Assembly (NCBI GenBank): GCA_045617365.1
Contig: JAZLIN010000014.1
Coordinates: forward strand, 5,208-69,207
Direction: 5' to 3'
Length of the DNA: 64,000 bases
From: Prevotella sp.
Lineage (GTDB): Bacteria > Bacteroidota > Bacteroidia > Bacteroidales > Bacteroidaceae
The translations under genes were made by a program, and so were the position numbers. The notes beneath the pieces are model-generated. The model ran no database searches and was not told where the DNA came from. It saw only the letters and a program-made list of their open reading frames with translations. Position 1 is the stretch's first letter. Each line of letters starts with the position of its first letter. Below, in pieces: positions 1 through 8,830 of the stretch.

Positions 1-2
1 CT

Positions 3-764
3 ATTAGTATTTGTACTAATGGTACTACGGATTACTATATAAACAAGGAATTTCTTAATTCACAGGTCGATATTCAGATTTCTATTGATGGAACTGAAGG
101 TGTACATGACTCTATCAGAGGGAAAAATACATACAAACGAATATTAACAACTATTTCCAAACTTGAAGCGTTGCAAATACCTTATACCGTTTCAAGCGTT
201 GTTAATAGATACAATTCAAATTGCATGAAGGAATTATCTGATATTCTTAGCGGATTGCAAATGATGAAATATTGGAACATCTCATACGAAATGCCATTCG
301 GACATGCTGATTTAAAAGAACTTATGCCGTCTGAGGAATGGAACACCTTCGTTGATGAGATGCTTGATTATGTTTCTTTTAGGATGAAAATAAAAAAAAT
401 GTTCCCCTTTGAACTGTTCGATAAGAATAAAGACAAGTTAGATGAACTTTTCAAAGACCGTAAATGTTCTAATTGTGGAAGTGGACGCGACAAAATCTAT
501 ATTTACCCAGATTTAAACGTTTATCCATGCACATGCTTAACAGATTTCTGCATAGGAAATCTACGAGAATCTTCCCTGTATAAAATTATGCGAACTAAAA
601 TGGCACGTACTTTTGCAGACTACAATGTTTTGCAAGAATCTAAATGTCAGAGCTGTGAATATCTTAAGTATTGCAATGGAGGATGTATTGGTATGTCTTA
701 TCACTTTTTCAAGAAACTTGGATATGGTGATATTCGTTGTCCAAAATTACGTGATCGCATATGA
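3..764 (+). CDS. Radical SAM/SPASM-domain protein, 5' end outside the window
   Basis: Frame is open from base 3 and reads ICTNG...QISIDGTEGVHDSIRG (rSAM core motifs). C-terminal SPASM Cys pattern: CSNCGSG-IYPDLNVYPC-CQSCEYLKYCNGGC-DIRC. The CxxxCxxC motif would lie upstream of the window. Confidence 0.9.
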   Translation: MSICTNGTTDYYINKEFLNSQVDIQISIDGTEGVHDSIRGKNTYKRILTTISKLEALQIPYTVSSVVNRYNSNCMKELSDILSGLQMMKYWNISYEMPFGHADLKELMPSEEWNTFVDEMLDYVSFRMKIKKMFPFELFDKNKDKLDELFKDRKCSNCGSGRDKIYIYPDLNVYPCTCLTDFCIGNLRESSLYKIMRTKMARTFADYNVLQESKCQSCEYLKYCNGGCIGMSYHFFKKLGYGDIRCPKLRDRI

Positions 765-1639
765 ATATTTTTTACTTTAATGTAACTTACACTTGCAACT
801 CAAATTGCGTGTTTTGTTATTCTCATAATACGATACATTCTGGTTGTAAATTCAACGAGATTAAACCAGAAGAGTTTATCAAGCATCTAGAGTTGAATAA
901 TATTCAGAAAAACGACAGAGTAATAGTGAATGGAGGTGAACCTTTTCTTCATTCAAATATAATCACGTTGCTTAAGTCTTTGCTTGTTTTTCAATGCGAA
1001 GTACTAGTATATACTAACGGAAGATGTTTGAACAATATCGATTTAGGGTTTATGACCGAAAAATACAGATTCGTGATTCCTGTTCATGGTCATAAGAGTT
1101 TGCATGATAAGATAACAAGGTGCAAAGGTAGTTTCGAGGAAATGGCAAAAGGTATCAAACATTTAGGGAAATACAGATGCAAGATAGATATTAAAATAAT
1201 ACTAAATCCTATAATGGTGAGTTCCCAGATAGATTTTGTCAAAACATTACATGATATTGACACTTTAAAATTTAATAATGCTGTACATATTACAAAAATG
1301 GCAGATACGATAATTTCACAAAGGAACAATATTCCTTCTGTAAATAACGAGTCTGCATCAAAATATACAGAACTTTTGTTTAAGCATTTCGCCAACAGAG
1401 GTTTCATAATAAAAGTATTTGATACATGCGTAAAAAGAATCAATGTAACTAAATTCGACAATAAACACATACCACTTCATGTATACTTTAAGGATGCTAA
1501 AACATCATGGCCATTCAAATTTTATACTCCAGAAGATGATTGCAGAATCAATTGTCCCAGCAAAGATTTTTGTCAATCTGCTGTAGGTAATTACACAGTA
1601 CTTGAATATAATGGAGAGTTTTATAAAGGTATAGAATAA
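761..1639 (+). CDS. Radical SAM protein with short C-terminal Cys cluster (twitch/HxsC-like layout)
   Basis: CNSNCVFC (CxxxCxxC), NGGEPFLH, YTNGR, PVHG..HDKITR; C-terminal CRINCPSKDFC; ATGA overlap with the upstream gene. Confidence 0.88.
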   Translation: MNIFYFNVTYTCNSNCVFCYSHNTIHSGCKFNEIKPEEFIKHLELNNIQKNDRVIVNGGEPFLHSNIITLLKSLLVFQCEVLVYTNGRCLNNIDLGFMTEKYRFVIPVHGHKSLHDKITRCKGSFEEMAKGIKHLGKYRCKIDIKIILNPIMVSSQIDFVKTLHDIDTLKFNNAVHITKMADTIISQRNNIPSVNNESASKYTELLFKHFANRGFIIKVFDTCVKRINVTKFDNKHIPLHVYFKDAKTSWPFKFYTPEDDCRINCPSKDFCQSAVGNYTVLEYNGEFYKGIE

Positions 1640-1641
1640 AT

Positions 1642-2394
1642 ATGAATAAAAAGCAGTTGCGAACCTTTTGTGTTCAGTTTTATTATATTGACAAATCACT
1701 TTCTCTAAAAGGAAGTAAGTACTATTATAATTTCAATGAGAAATGTCCTCCTATCGTTTTAGAAGGCAAATCCATTTCTCATGTGTTTGAGTACTCACTC
1801 AATGATTTAAACAAAGTTATCGGTTTTAATTATAGAATGCCACAAAACGCAGATGAACGAACTCTAATATTAAATAAATGCTTAGGCGACCTTACAAGTA
1901 CATACTATGATTTTTCTCGTATGCTTGGAAAACCATTCGAGAACATATCTTCAAGTATAAGATGTATTGATGACTTTATTTGTGGATACTCCTTTTACTT
2001 TTATCCAACTTTTATTTCCAATAGTGGCAAAGTAAAGATGACAGGAATTAATCGTTCTGAGAAATGTTCGTCTTTCTTAAAAGAGTTGAATTCCTATTAT
2101 TTTTATTTAGAGCCACAGTATGAAGAAGAGTTTGAAAAGTTTGCTGACATTTGTTTTGAATTAAGGGGAGTTAGCATCTATTTTGAAGAAAAAAATTTCG
2201 GTTATAACATCTATATAAAATGCTCACAAAAGGAATTAACGTCTTTTTTAGGAGAAAGAACCTTAACCGCAATCCAAGAAGGGATTATTCTTGCATCTAT
2301 GAAAATAAGCAAAGGCAAAATACTAGGCTATAATGTATATTATGCTGGGACACATGCTCGTCCATGCTGTGGATGGGGGGAAGTAATAGACTAA
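1642..2394 (+). CDS. Hypothetical protein, 250 aa, ending in HARPCCGWGEVID
   Basis: Long ORF starting 2 bp after the previous stop, in operon with rSAM genes; no family recognised. Confidence 0.75.
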   Translation: MNKKQLRTFCVQFYYIDKSLSLKGSKYYYNFNEKCPPIVLEGKSISHVFEYSLNDLNKVIGFNYRMPQNADERTLILNKCLGDLTSTYYDFSRMLGKPFENISSSIRCIDDFICGYSFYFYPTFISNSGKVKMTGINRSEKCSSFLKELNSYYFYLEPQYEEEFEKFADICFELRGVSIYFEEKNFGYNIYIKCSQKELTSFLGERTLTAIQEGIILASMKISKGKILGYNVYYAGTHARPCCGWGEVID

Positions 2395-2409
2395 AGAACA
2401 ACGAACAGA

Positions 2410-3525
2410 ATGAAAAACAAGATAGATCTTACAATAAAGCCCACAATGGGCTGTAATATGAAATGCAAACATTGCTTTAATGGAGATGCATTTATTCCAA
2501 CTGACATGCTTGATGTCAATGTTGCATTAGCATTAGTAGAGAAAGCATGTATGGAATATGAGAATGTAAAAATAGTGTTTCATGGAGGTGAACCTTCCTT
2601 GGCTGGCATTGATTTCTATATAATTTTTTTTAAGGGTATTAGTTCTCTAAAAAAAACATATAAGACAGAGTTCACTACTCTGTTTACGACTAATGGTCTT
2701 CTCCTTAACGACGAATTTATAGACTTATTAAATGCACATAACGTACTAATCAATGTTTCTTTTGATGGTCCTTATAATGATCTATTAAGACAACAAACTC
2801 AAAGAGTACAAGAAACGATATTCAAAATTAGAGATAAAGGAGGTAGGTTTAGATGTTTCTGCACCTTGTCAAAACAGTCCGTTCCTCACTTAAAAGAGAT
2901 CTATGATTGGTTTAAGAGTAATAACCTTAATTTCAAAACTCTCCCAGTAGAAAAAAGAGGTTATGCAAAGACAAACGACCAAATAATCATGAATCCAGCA
3001 GACCTCGTTTCTCAGTTTGAATCAGTCTATCGTTATTGGATTACAGATCGGGAATGTGAGATTAGTTATTCAACATTCGAAGAGTTTGCTAATTTAAGAA
3101 GAACAGAACAACATCGGAAATTTTGGTTCGGGAGAAAAATTGCACTAAATCCCGACGGTAAACTTTATATCTTTGGTCGCCCGAATGATGTAAACTACGA
3201 AATAGGAACTCCATATAGCATAGAACGTCTTAGCGATTGCTTTGAATCTGAGGGCTACAACAAATATCTTGACATCTTGGAAGAGATTCGTAATAGGAAA
3301 TGCTGGCAATGCGAAAGCAGTACTGTTTGTGGCGGTGTTAATATAAACATTGCATACCTTTACGTTGAAGATTTACGCTTAATTGATTATAGTTGCAATC
3401 AGAGTAATATGTTGTTTCAGAGTATTTTGAAAGTTAACGATGAAATAATTGCGGATTTTCAGAACGGCAATCAAGGTAAATACAATAAGTATATCCAAAG
3501 TTGTTTCTCTTCATCCTCAAAATAA
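2410..3525 (+). CDS. Radical SAM protein, anSME/peptide-maturase-like, with partly degenerate SPASM domain
   Basis: KPTMGCNMKCKHC, FHGGEPSL, TTNGLLLNDE, VSFDGP; C-terminal CWQCESSTVCGG...YSC. Confidence 0.9.
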   Translation: MKNKIDLTIKPTMGCNMKCKHCFNGDAFIPTDMLDVNVALALVEKACMEYENVKIVFHGGEPSLAGIDFYIIFFKGISSLKKTYKTEFTTLFTTNGLLLNDEFIDLLNAHNVLINVSFDGPYNDLLRQQTQRVQETIFKIRDKGGRFRCFCTLSKQSVPHLKEIYDWFKSNNLNFKTLPVEKRGYAKTNDQIIMNPADLVSQFESVYRYWITDRECEISYSTFEEFANLRRTEQHRKFWFGRKIALNPDGKLYIFGRPNDVNYEIGTPYSIERLSDCFESEGYNKYLDILEEIRNRKCWQCESSTVCGGVNINIAYLYVEDLRLIDYSCNQSNMLFQSILKVNDEIIADFQNGNQGKYNKYIQSCFSSSSK

Positions 3526-3535
3526 TTCTTATCTT

Positions 3536-3787
3536 ATGGAAGTGTTAATAACAGCAATCAAAGACAATTTATATGTCTTTAAAGCAACTGGTGTTCATAT
3601 CACAGATGTTGAATCCGAATTTATTCATGATGATTTGGTAAATAAGATCAAATCATGGATAAGGAAGAAAAAAAATCAAGATGCTGCTACATATTGTCTC
3701 ACCGAAGAGAATAATAGTATTACAATGCTTGCGATAGTTGGTGAATCTTGTAGTCTTTCAACATTCTATGGTAAAGAGGTATGGTAA
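3536..3787 (+). CDS. Small hypothetical protein (83 aa)
   Basis: ATG at 3536, 10 bp after the rSAM stop, within ORF 3449..3787; no homology recognised. Confidence 0.5.
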   Translation: MEVLITAIKDNLYVFKATGVHITDVESEFIHDDLVNKIKSWIRKKKNQDAATYCLTEENNSITMLAIVGESCSLSTFYGKEVW

Positions 3788-3972
3788 GTTCATTTTACAC
3801 CAAAAGAAATTTTGTATAAATCAAGAATCTTTGGCAATGATAATCTATTAGTTTTGTCTCATGCGATTATGTTCAATGATTTTTGAAAACAGTAAATGAG
3901 AAATATGGACATCCCATATAATCGTTACCGTGATAAAAGCAAATTGAGTTTTATCCTAAAATTTTGATTACA

Positions 3973-4806
<834 letters not shown>

Positions 4807-4866
4807 TGCCTCTATCGGCTTGACTACTAGGGATTGAAAGAATAAGACGGTGTAATCGATATATTA

Positions 4867-4936
4867 GGCAGGTATGTCTTACCAATATAAGGCGCAGTCC
4901 AGAGCGTATAACGGGGGTAAGATTCCTGCCTTTTTT
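4867..4936 (+). terminator. Possible terminator/structured RNA after the ferredoxin fusion
   Basis: GGCAGGtatgTCTTACC...GGTAAGAttCCTGCC followed by TTTTTT; the ~32 nt loop is atypically long. Confidence 0.4.
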
Positions 4937-5170
4937 GTTACCTATAAGGAGCCGGATCATGTTAAATAATGACAAAACAATAATTTTCGATGTTTTTACA
5001 CATTAATTCTTGCGCTCCGTTGGTACTAAGGCTTTTTCTGCACCTGCTAACAGTCGAGTAGGAGTCACTACATTCCTTTATATCATGCACTGAACCAGCA
5101 TCACTATATAACGTAATCATTAAAAAATCATTTTGCACATCTACTTAGAATGTGATTTTTTGCTTGAATT

Positions 5171-5202
5171 TTTGTTCGTTCCATATTTTATTTGTACCTT
5201 TG
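5171..5202 (+). promoter_or_regulatory. Bacteroidota sigma-A promoter upstream of the MNT gene
   Basis: TTTG (5171-5174), 20-nt spacer, TACCTTTG (5195-5202) matches TTTG-N19-21-TAnnTTTG. Confidence 0.65.
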
Positions 5203-5240
5203 CATCAGCGTTATGTGTCATATCACATATAGCAAGGAAT

Positions 5241-5537
5241 ATGCAAGCATCTCTTGTGGAACCTATCAGATCGTATTTCCAGACACAACCCATCAAAAGG
5301 GCATGGGTGTTTGGATCGTTTAGTCGTGGCGAAGAACGTCACGACTCGGACGTTGATATCCTGGTTCAATATGATCGTTCTTTGCAGCCAGTAGGACTGT
5401 TTACCATCGTGCGGATAAAGCAGCAGTTGGAGAGTATTGTTGGAAGAAACGTTGATTTGGTTGAAGAGGGAACGTTGATGCCTTTTGCTGTTGATTCGGC
5501 AAATCGTGACAAAATACTGATATACGAAAGATCATGA
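5241..5537 (+). CDS. Minimal nucleotidyltransferase (MNT, antitoxin of MNT-HEPN type)
   Basis: AWVFGSFSRGEERHDSDVDILV (GSxxRG...DxD), GRNVDLV; 98 aa from ATG 5241. Confidence 0.88.
   Translation: MQASLVEPIRSYFQTQPIKRAWVFGSFSRGEERHDSDVDILVQYDRSLQPVGLFTIVRIKQQLESIVGRNVDLVEEGTLMPFAVDSANRDKILIYERS
5498..5530 (+). repeat. 33-bp direct repeat, copy 1 (3' end of the MNT gene)
   Basis: GGCAAATCGTGACAAAATACTGATATACGAAAG; 32/33 identical to 6111..6143. Confidence 0.9.
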
Positions 5538-5541
5538 GAGA

Positions 5542-5745
5542 TTGCTTATGTCGAAGGAAATCGATGTACAAGGGTTAACCAAATACGGTTCACTGCACTA
5601 TGAACACCTGCATGGCGACAAAGAAGGTTTGTCATCCGTCAGGGTTAATGATCAATACCGCATAGAGTTCAGGGAAGAAATAGAAGATGGTAAGAAAATT
5701 GCTACCATCTGCAATATTACAGAGTTGTCCAATCACTATAAATGA
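5542..5745 (+). pseudogene. higB: HigB (RelE/ParE-family killer protein) toxin, N-terminally truncated
   Basis: SLHYEHLHGDKEGLSSVRVNDQYRIEF matches the C-terminal half of Bacteroidota HigB; 67 aa versus ~100 aa expected; directly upstream of higA. Confidence 0.7.
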
Positions 5746-5754
5746 CTAAGGGAA

Positions 5755-6093
5755 ATGCAACAGTATATTACACATAGATTGTCGGCAAACGACGTAACAC
5801 CGTTTATCGTGCCACATCCAGGCGAGATAATAAAGGACGAATTGGAATATAGAGGGATATCTCAGAGGCAGTTGGCTAAGGAAATAGGTGTATCATATTC
5901 CCAGTTCAATGAAATGCTTAACGCTAAGCGCCAGCTTACTCCAGAGATGGCGTTACTTATCGAAGCTGTGCTTGGAATCAATGCTGCACCTTTGCTGGAG
6001 ATCCAGACTGACTATAATCTGCATAAGACAAAATCTAATCCTACATTCATGGAACGTATCAATTCGCTTCGGCGAGTTGCCGCAGTATTCTAA
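5755..6093 (+). CDS. higA: HigA family antitoxin (XRE HTH)
   Basis: PHPGEIIKDELEYRGISQRQLAKEIGVSYSQFNEMLNAKRQLTPEMALLIEAVLG...LLEIQTDYNL. Confidence 0.9.
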   Translation: MQQYITHRLSANDVTPFIVPHPGEIIKDELEYRGISQRQLAKEIGVSYSQFNEMLNAKRQLTPEMALLIEAVLGINAAPLLEIQTDYNLHKTKSNPTFMERINSLRRVAAVF

Positions 6094-6110
6094 TAGAGGT
6101 GGATAGAGGT

Positions 6111-6143
6111 GGCAAATTGTGACAAAATACTGATATACGAAAG
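6111..6143 (+). repeat. 33-bp direct repeat, copy 2
   Basis: GGCAAATTGTGACAAAATACTGATATACGAAAG; preceded by a tandem ATAGAGGTGG x2 (6093-6112). Confidence 0.9.
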
Positions 6144-6235
6144 GTAACGTTTGCAGATTCACAATACTAATGATAATATAATCTCTCCATTTCACAAGAA
6201 GCATTAGAAATGAACGATATTTGAAGAAAAATTAG

Positions 6236-6243
6236 TAACTTTG
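6236..6243 (+). promoter_or_regulatory. -7 promoter element upstream of the Rpn-family gene
   Basis: TAACTTTG followed by CA, 33 bp before the ATG; no -33 box at canonical spacing. Confidence 0.5.
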
Positions 6244-6276
6244 CAAACAGTACACAAATAAACTAAGGAGGGAATC

Positions 6277-7281
6277 ATGTTACACATTGCAAATCCTATA
6301 TACGACATCATATTCAAGTACCTCATGGAGGACAACCGCGCTGCCAAGACCATCCTCTCTGCATTGCTGAAGAAAGAGGTGCTTGAAGTAGAGGTGCGTC
6401 CGCATGAATATACCGACTCTACACGCGATACGCTATCCATCTTCCGCATTGACTTCGGAGCAAAGATACGTGACGATGACGGTGAGGTGCGCCTTGTACT
6501 CATAGAGTTACAGAAGACGTGGCTGGAGACGGAGACGCTACGCTTCCGTCAGTACCTCGGTGCGCAGTACGCCAGCCCCAATAACCTGATGCCAGATTGC
6601 AAGGAAGGGTATGCAATACCTATGGTGACGGTATATCTGCTCGGTCACAGGGTGGGTGACATCGAGGAACCCGTGCTTTACGTCAAGCGTAAGTCGTTTG
6701 ACTATGACGGCAACGAGGTGACGAAGGGCATACCACATCCGTTCGTTGACAGTCTGACCCACGATAGCATAATAGTACAGATACCACTGATCCGCGGTCA
6801 CGTAAACAACAACAGGCTTGAGAAGGTGCTCAGCATCTTTGACCAGACAAGAAAGGACACCGAGAACCGCCAGATGCTCAACATTGACGAGGCTATGTAT
6901 GCCGGCGATGACGAGATGCAACTCATAGTACACCGTCTGCTCTGCGCTGCCTCTGATGCGTCGCTGCGTCATAACATGAATGTAGAGGATGAATATTTCT
7001 CTGCCATAGAGAACCGTGACACCGAAATCCTCATGCGTGACAAACGAATAGCCGAGCAAGGTGCACAGATAGCTGAGCAAGGTGCACAGATAGCCGAGCA
7101 GGATGCACGCTTGAAAGAAAAAGATGCGATACTACAGGAAAAGGATGTTCGCCTGAAAGAGCAGAGTGATATGCTGCGTACGTCAGTGAAAATGCTACTT
7201 GAGGCAGGCATGACAAAAGAAGTTGTTGCCGTCAGTCTTGGAAGAACGTTGGAAGAGATAGAGGCTATAGCCAATAAATAG
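6277..7281 (+). CDS. Rpn family PD-(D/E)XK nuclease / putative transposase with C-terminal coiled coil
   Basis: ANPIYDIIFKYLMED, RIDFGAKI, VLIELQK (PD-(D/E)XK-like), heptad tail, C-terminal GMTKEVVAVSLGRTLEEI helix. Confidence 0.75.
   Translation: MLHIANPIYDIIFKYLMEDNRAAKTILSALLKKEVLEVEVRPHEYTDSTRDTLSIFRIDFGAKIRDDDGEVRLVLIELQKTWLETETLRFRQYLGAQYASPNNLMPDCKEGYAIPMVTVYLLGHRVGDIEEPVLYVKRKSFDYDGNEVTKGIPHPFVDSLTHDSIIVQIPLIRGHVNNNRLEKVLSIFDQTRKDTENRQMLNIDEAMYAGDDEMQLIVHRLLCAASDASLRHNMNVEDEYFSAIENRDTEILMRDKRIAEQGAQIAEQGAQIAEQDARLKEKDAILQEKDVRLKEQSDMLRTSVKMLLEAGMTKEVVAVSLGRTLEEIEAIANK
7048..7110 (+). repeat. 21-bp in-frame tandem repeat x3 (IAEQGAQ heptads)
   Basis: ATAGCCGAGCAAGGTGCACAG / ATAGCTGAGCAAGGTGCACAG / ATAGCCGAGCAGGATGCACGC. 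Confidence 0.9.
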
Positions 7282-7358
7282 GAACAATCAGACGATTTGC
7301 CGCCGTGTTCTAACCGGAATTGTTCATATATAAGTGGGAGAGGTGGCTATGTTATAAA

Positions 7359-7401
7359 ATCGGGAGGGTGTGTCTGCAAACAGCAGACACACCCTCCTGA
7401 T
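7359..7401. terminator. Probable bidirectional terminator between convergent Rpn and GH43 genes
   Basis: 15-bp perfect stem GGAGGGTGTGTCTGC / GCAGACACACCCTCC, 5-nt loop, AT-rich flanks. Confidence 0.8.
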
Positions 7402-7429
7402 TATTTATACATATCGTATTCCACGAAAA

Positions 7430-8821
7430 TTACTTTACCATCCACCAATCAAGGTTGAAGAGCTTGCAGCCCTTTAGACCCTTGAAGAGGAAATAGACAT
7501 CGTGCTTGCCATTGACAGCCTGGAGTGGGGCAGAGAATGTCTTCCAGTCCTCCCACGCACCTGTTGGCTCTACGTTGACCTTAGCGAGCAACGGACCGTC
7601 AGGTGCATCGAGATGTGCCTCTATGATACCACCCTGCAGGGCGCTGGCAGCAGATACCTGCAATGACTTGCCTGCTGCGGCATCGGCGAAATCAACCTCA
7701 CGAACCTTGAGCCAGTCGCCGTTGTGTATGTCGCAGACATATACCGTACCCTTGTTCTTGTTCCACTCTGTGTGCAGTCCCTGCGAGAAGGCAATGGTCT
7801 CACCCTCCACACGTTGGTAAGGGTTGAGCGTGCCGATAGGCGATACGCCCTCCTGTGTATAGGTGATGAGTGGCAGACGACCGTCTTCCTTCCACTGGAA
7901 CTCCTCTACTGCGATGCTGCGACCGAAGCCGCCGCCGCCAGGCAGTGTGCCGGTGTGGTAGAAGAAGTAGTTGTGCCCCTTGAACTCCACTATGCCGCTG
8001 TGGTTGGTGAACGATTTCGTAGCATTGTTCTGTGGCATCACCTCACCCACATACTTCCATGGTCCTTGCGGACTGTCACTCTCACTGTATGCAATGCACT
8101 CTGGTACACCGCCGGCAGCGTATATCATAAAGTACTTGCCCCATGCAGTATCCTTCAGCTTGGTCTTGTTTTTCTTCAGAGCCTTCTGCTCCTCAGGAGT
8201 AGCGTTGCGCTGATGGAAGATCCACGGACCCTCGGTATATCTTTGCACAGTAGTGTCGCACTGTACCTCAGAGGCGAAGCTGATCATGTCCTCATTGAGT
8301 TTGGCACTGTAGAGGCGAGGATTACCCCAGTAGAGGTAAGCCTGACCGTCGTTGTCAATCATCACCGTAGGGTCGATGTGATCCCACTTGCCATCCTCAT
8401 AGAGAGGCTTGCCAAGAGCGTCACGGTAAGGACCCTCGATCTTGTCGGCAACAGCAACGCCGATGGCCATGCCACGGCTTATATTGGAATGTACAGGCAC
8501 ATAGAAATAGAACTTGCCGTTTCGCTCTATACACTGTGGAGCCCACGCACGGTCGTCAGCCCATTTCATATCGCACTGCGAGAACGGAGTACCATGATCA
8601 GTCCAGTTTACCATGTCGGTAGTAGAGAACAGTCGCCAGTCGTTCATCCAGAAGAAGTCAGCCTTCTCCTCGTCGTGACCAGTGAATACGTACAGTCTGT
8701 CACCATACACCATCGGTGCAGGGTCGGTAGAGAATCCTGTCTGTACCACAGGATTCTGTGCATTTGCCGTTGTTGCTGTCAGCATAGTTGCCATCAGCAA
8801 TCCTATTGTTGATTTCTTCAT
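7430..8821 (-). CDS. GH43 glycoside hydrolase with C-terminal CBM6 (arabinoxylan-active type)
   Basis: Signal peptide; STDPAPMVY, WAPQC, IDPTV, TEGPW propeller motifs; RVEGET...GDWLKVREVDF...HDVYFLF CBM6. Confidence 0.9.
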   Translation of the reverse strand: MKKSTIGLLMATMLTATTANAQNPVVQTGFSTDPAPMVYGDRLYVFTGHDEEKADFFWMNDWRLFSTTDMVNWTDHGTPFSQCDMKWADDRAWAPQCIERNGKFYFYVPVHSNISRGMAIGVAVADKIEGPYRDALGKPLYEDGKWDHIDPTVMIDNDGQAYLYWGNPRLYSAKLNEDMISFASEVQCDTTVQRYTEGPWIFHQRNATPEEQKALKKNKTKLKDTAWGKYFMIYAAGGVPECIAYSESDSPQGPWKYVGEVMPQNNATKSFTNHSGIVEFKGHNYFFYHTGTLPGGGGFGRSIAVEEFQWKEDGRLPLITYTQEGVSPIGTLNPYQRVEGETIAFSQGLHTEWNKNKGTVYVCDIHNGDWLKVREVDFADAAAGKSLQVSAASALQGGIIEAHLDAPDGPLLAKVNVEPTGAWEDWKTFSAPLQAVNGKHDVYFLFKGLKGCKLFNLDWWMVK

Positions 8822-8830
8822 CTTGCAAAA

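Noticed and set aside
3830-3856. Possible promoter (TTTG...TAGTTTTG) for the ferredoxin fusion
   Set aside because: 15-nt spacer is off-consensus, and such matches are frequent in AT-rich DNA; too weak to call.
5498-6143. 33-bp repeats as a CRISPR array
   Set aside because: Only two copies, separated by ~580 bp of genes; no cas genes.
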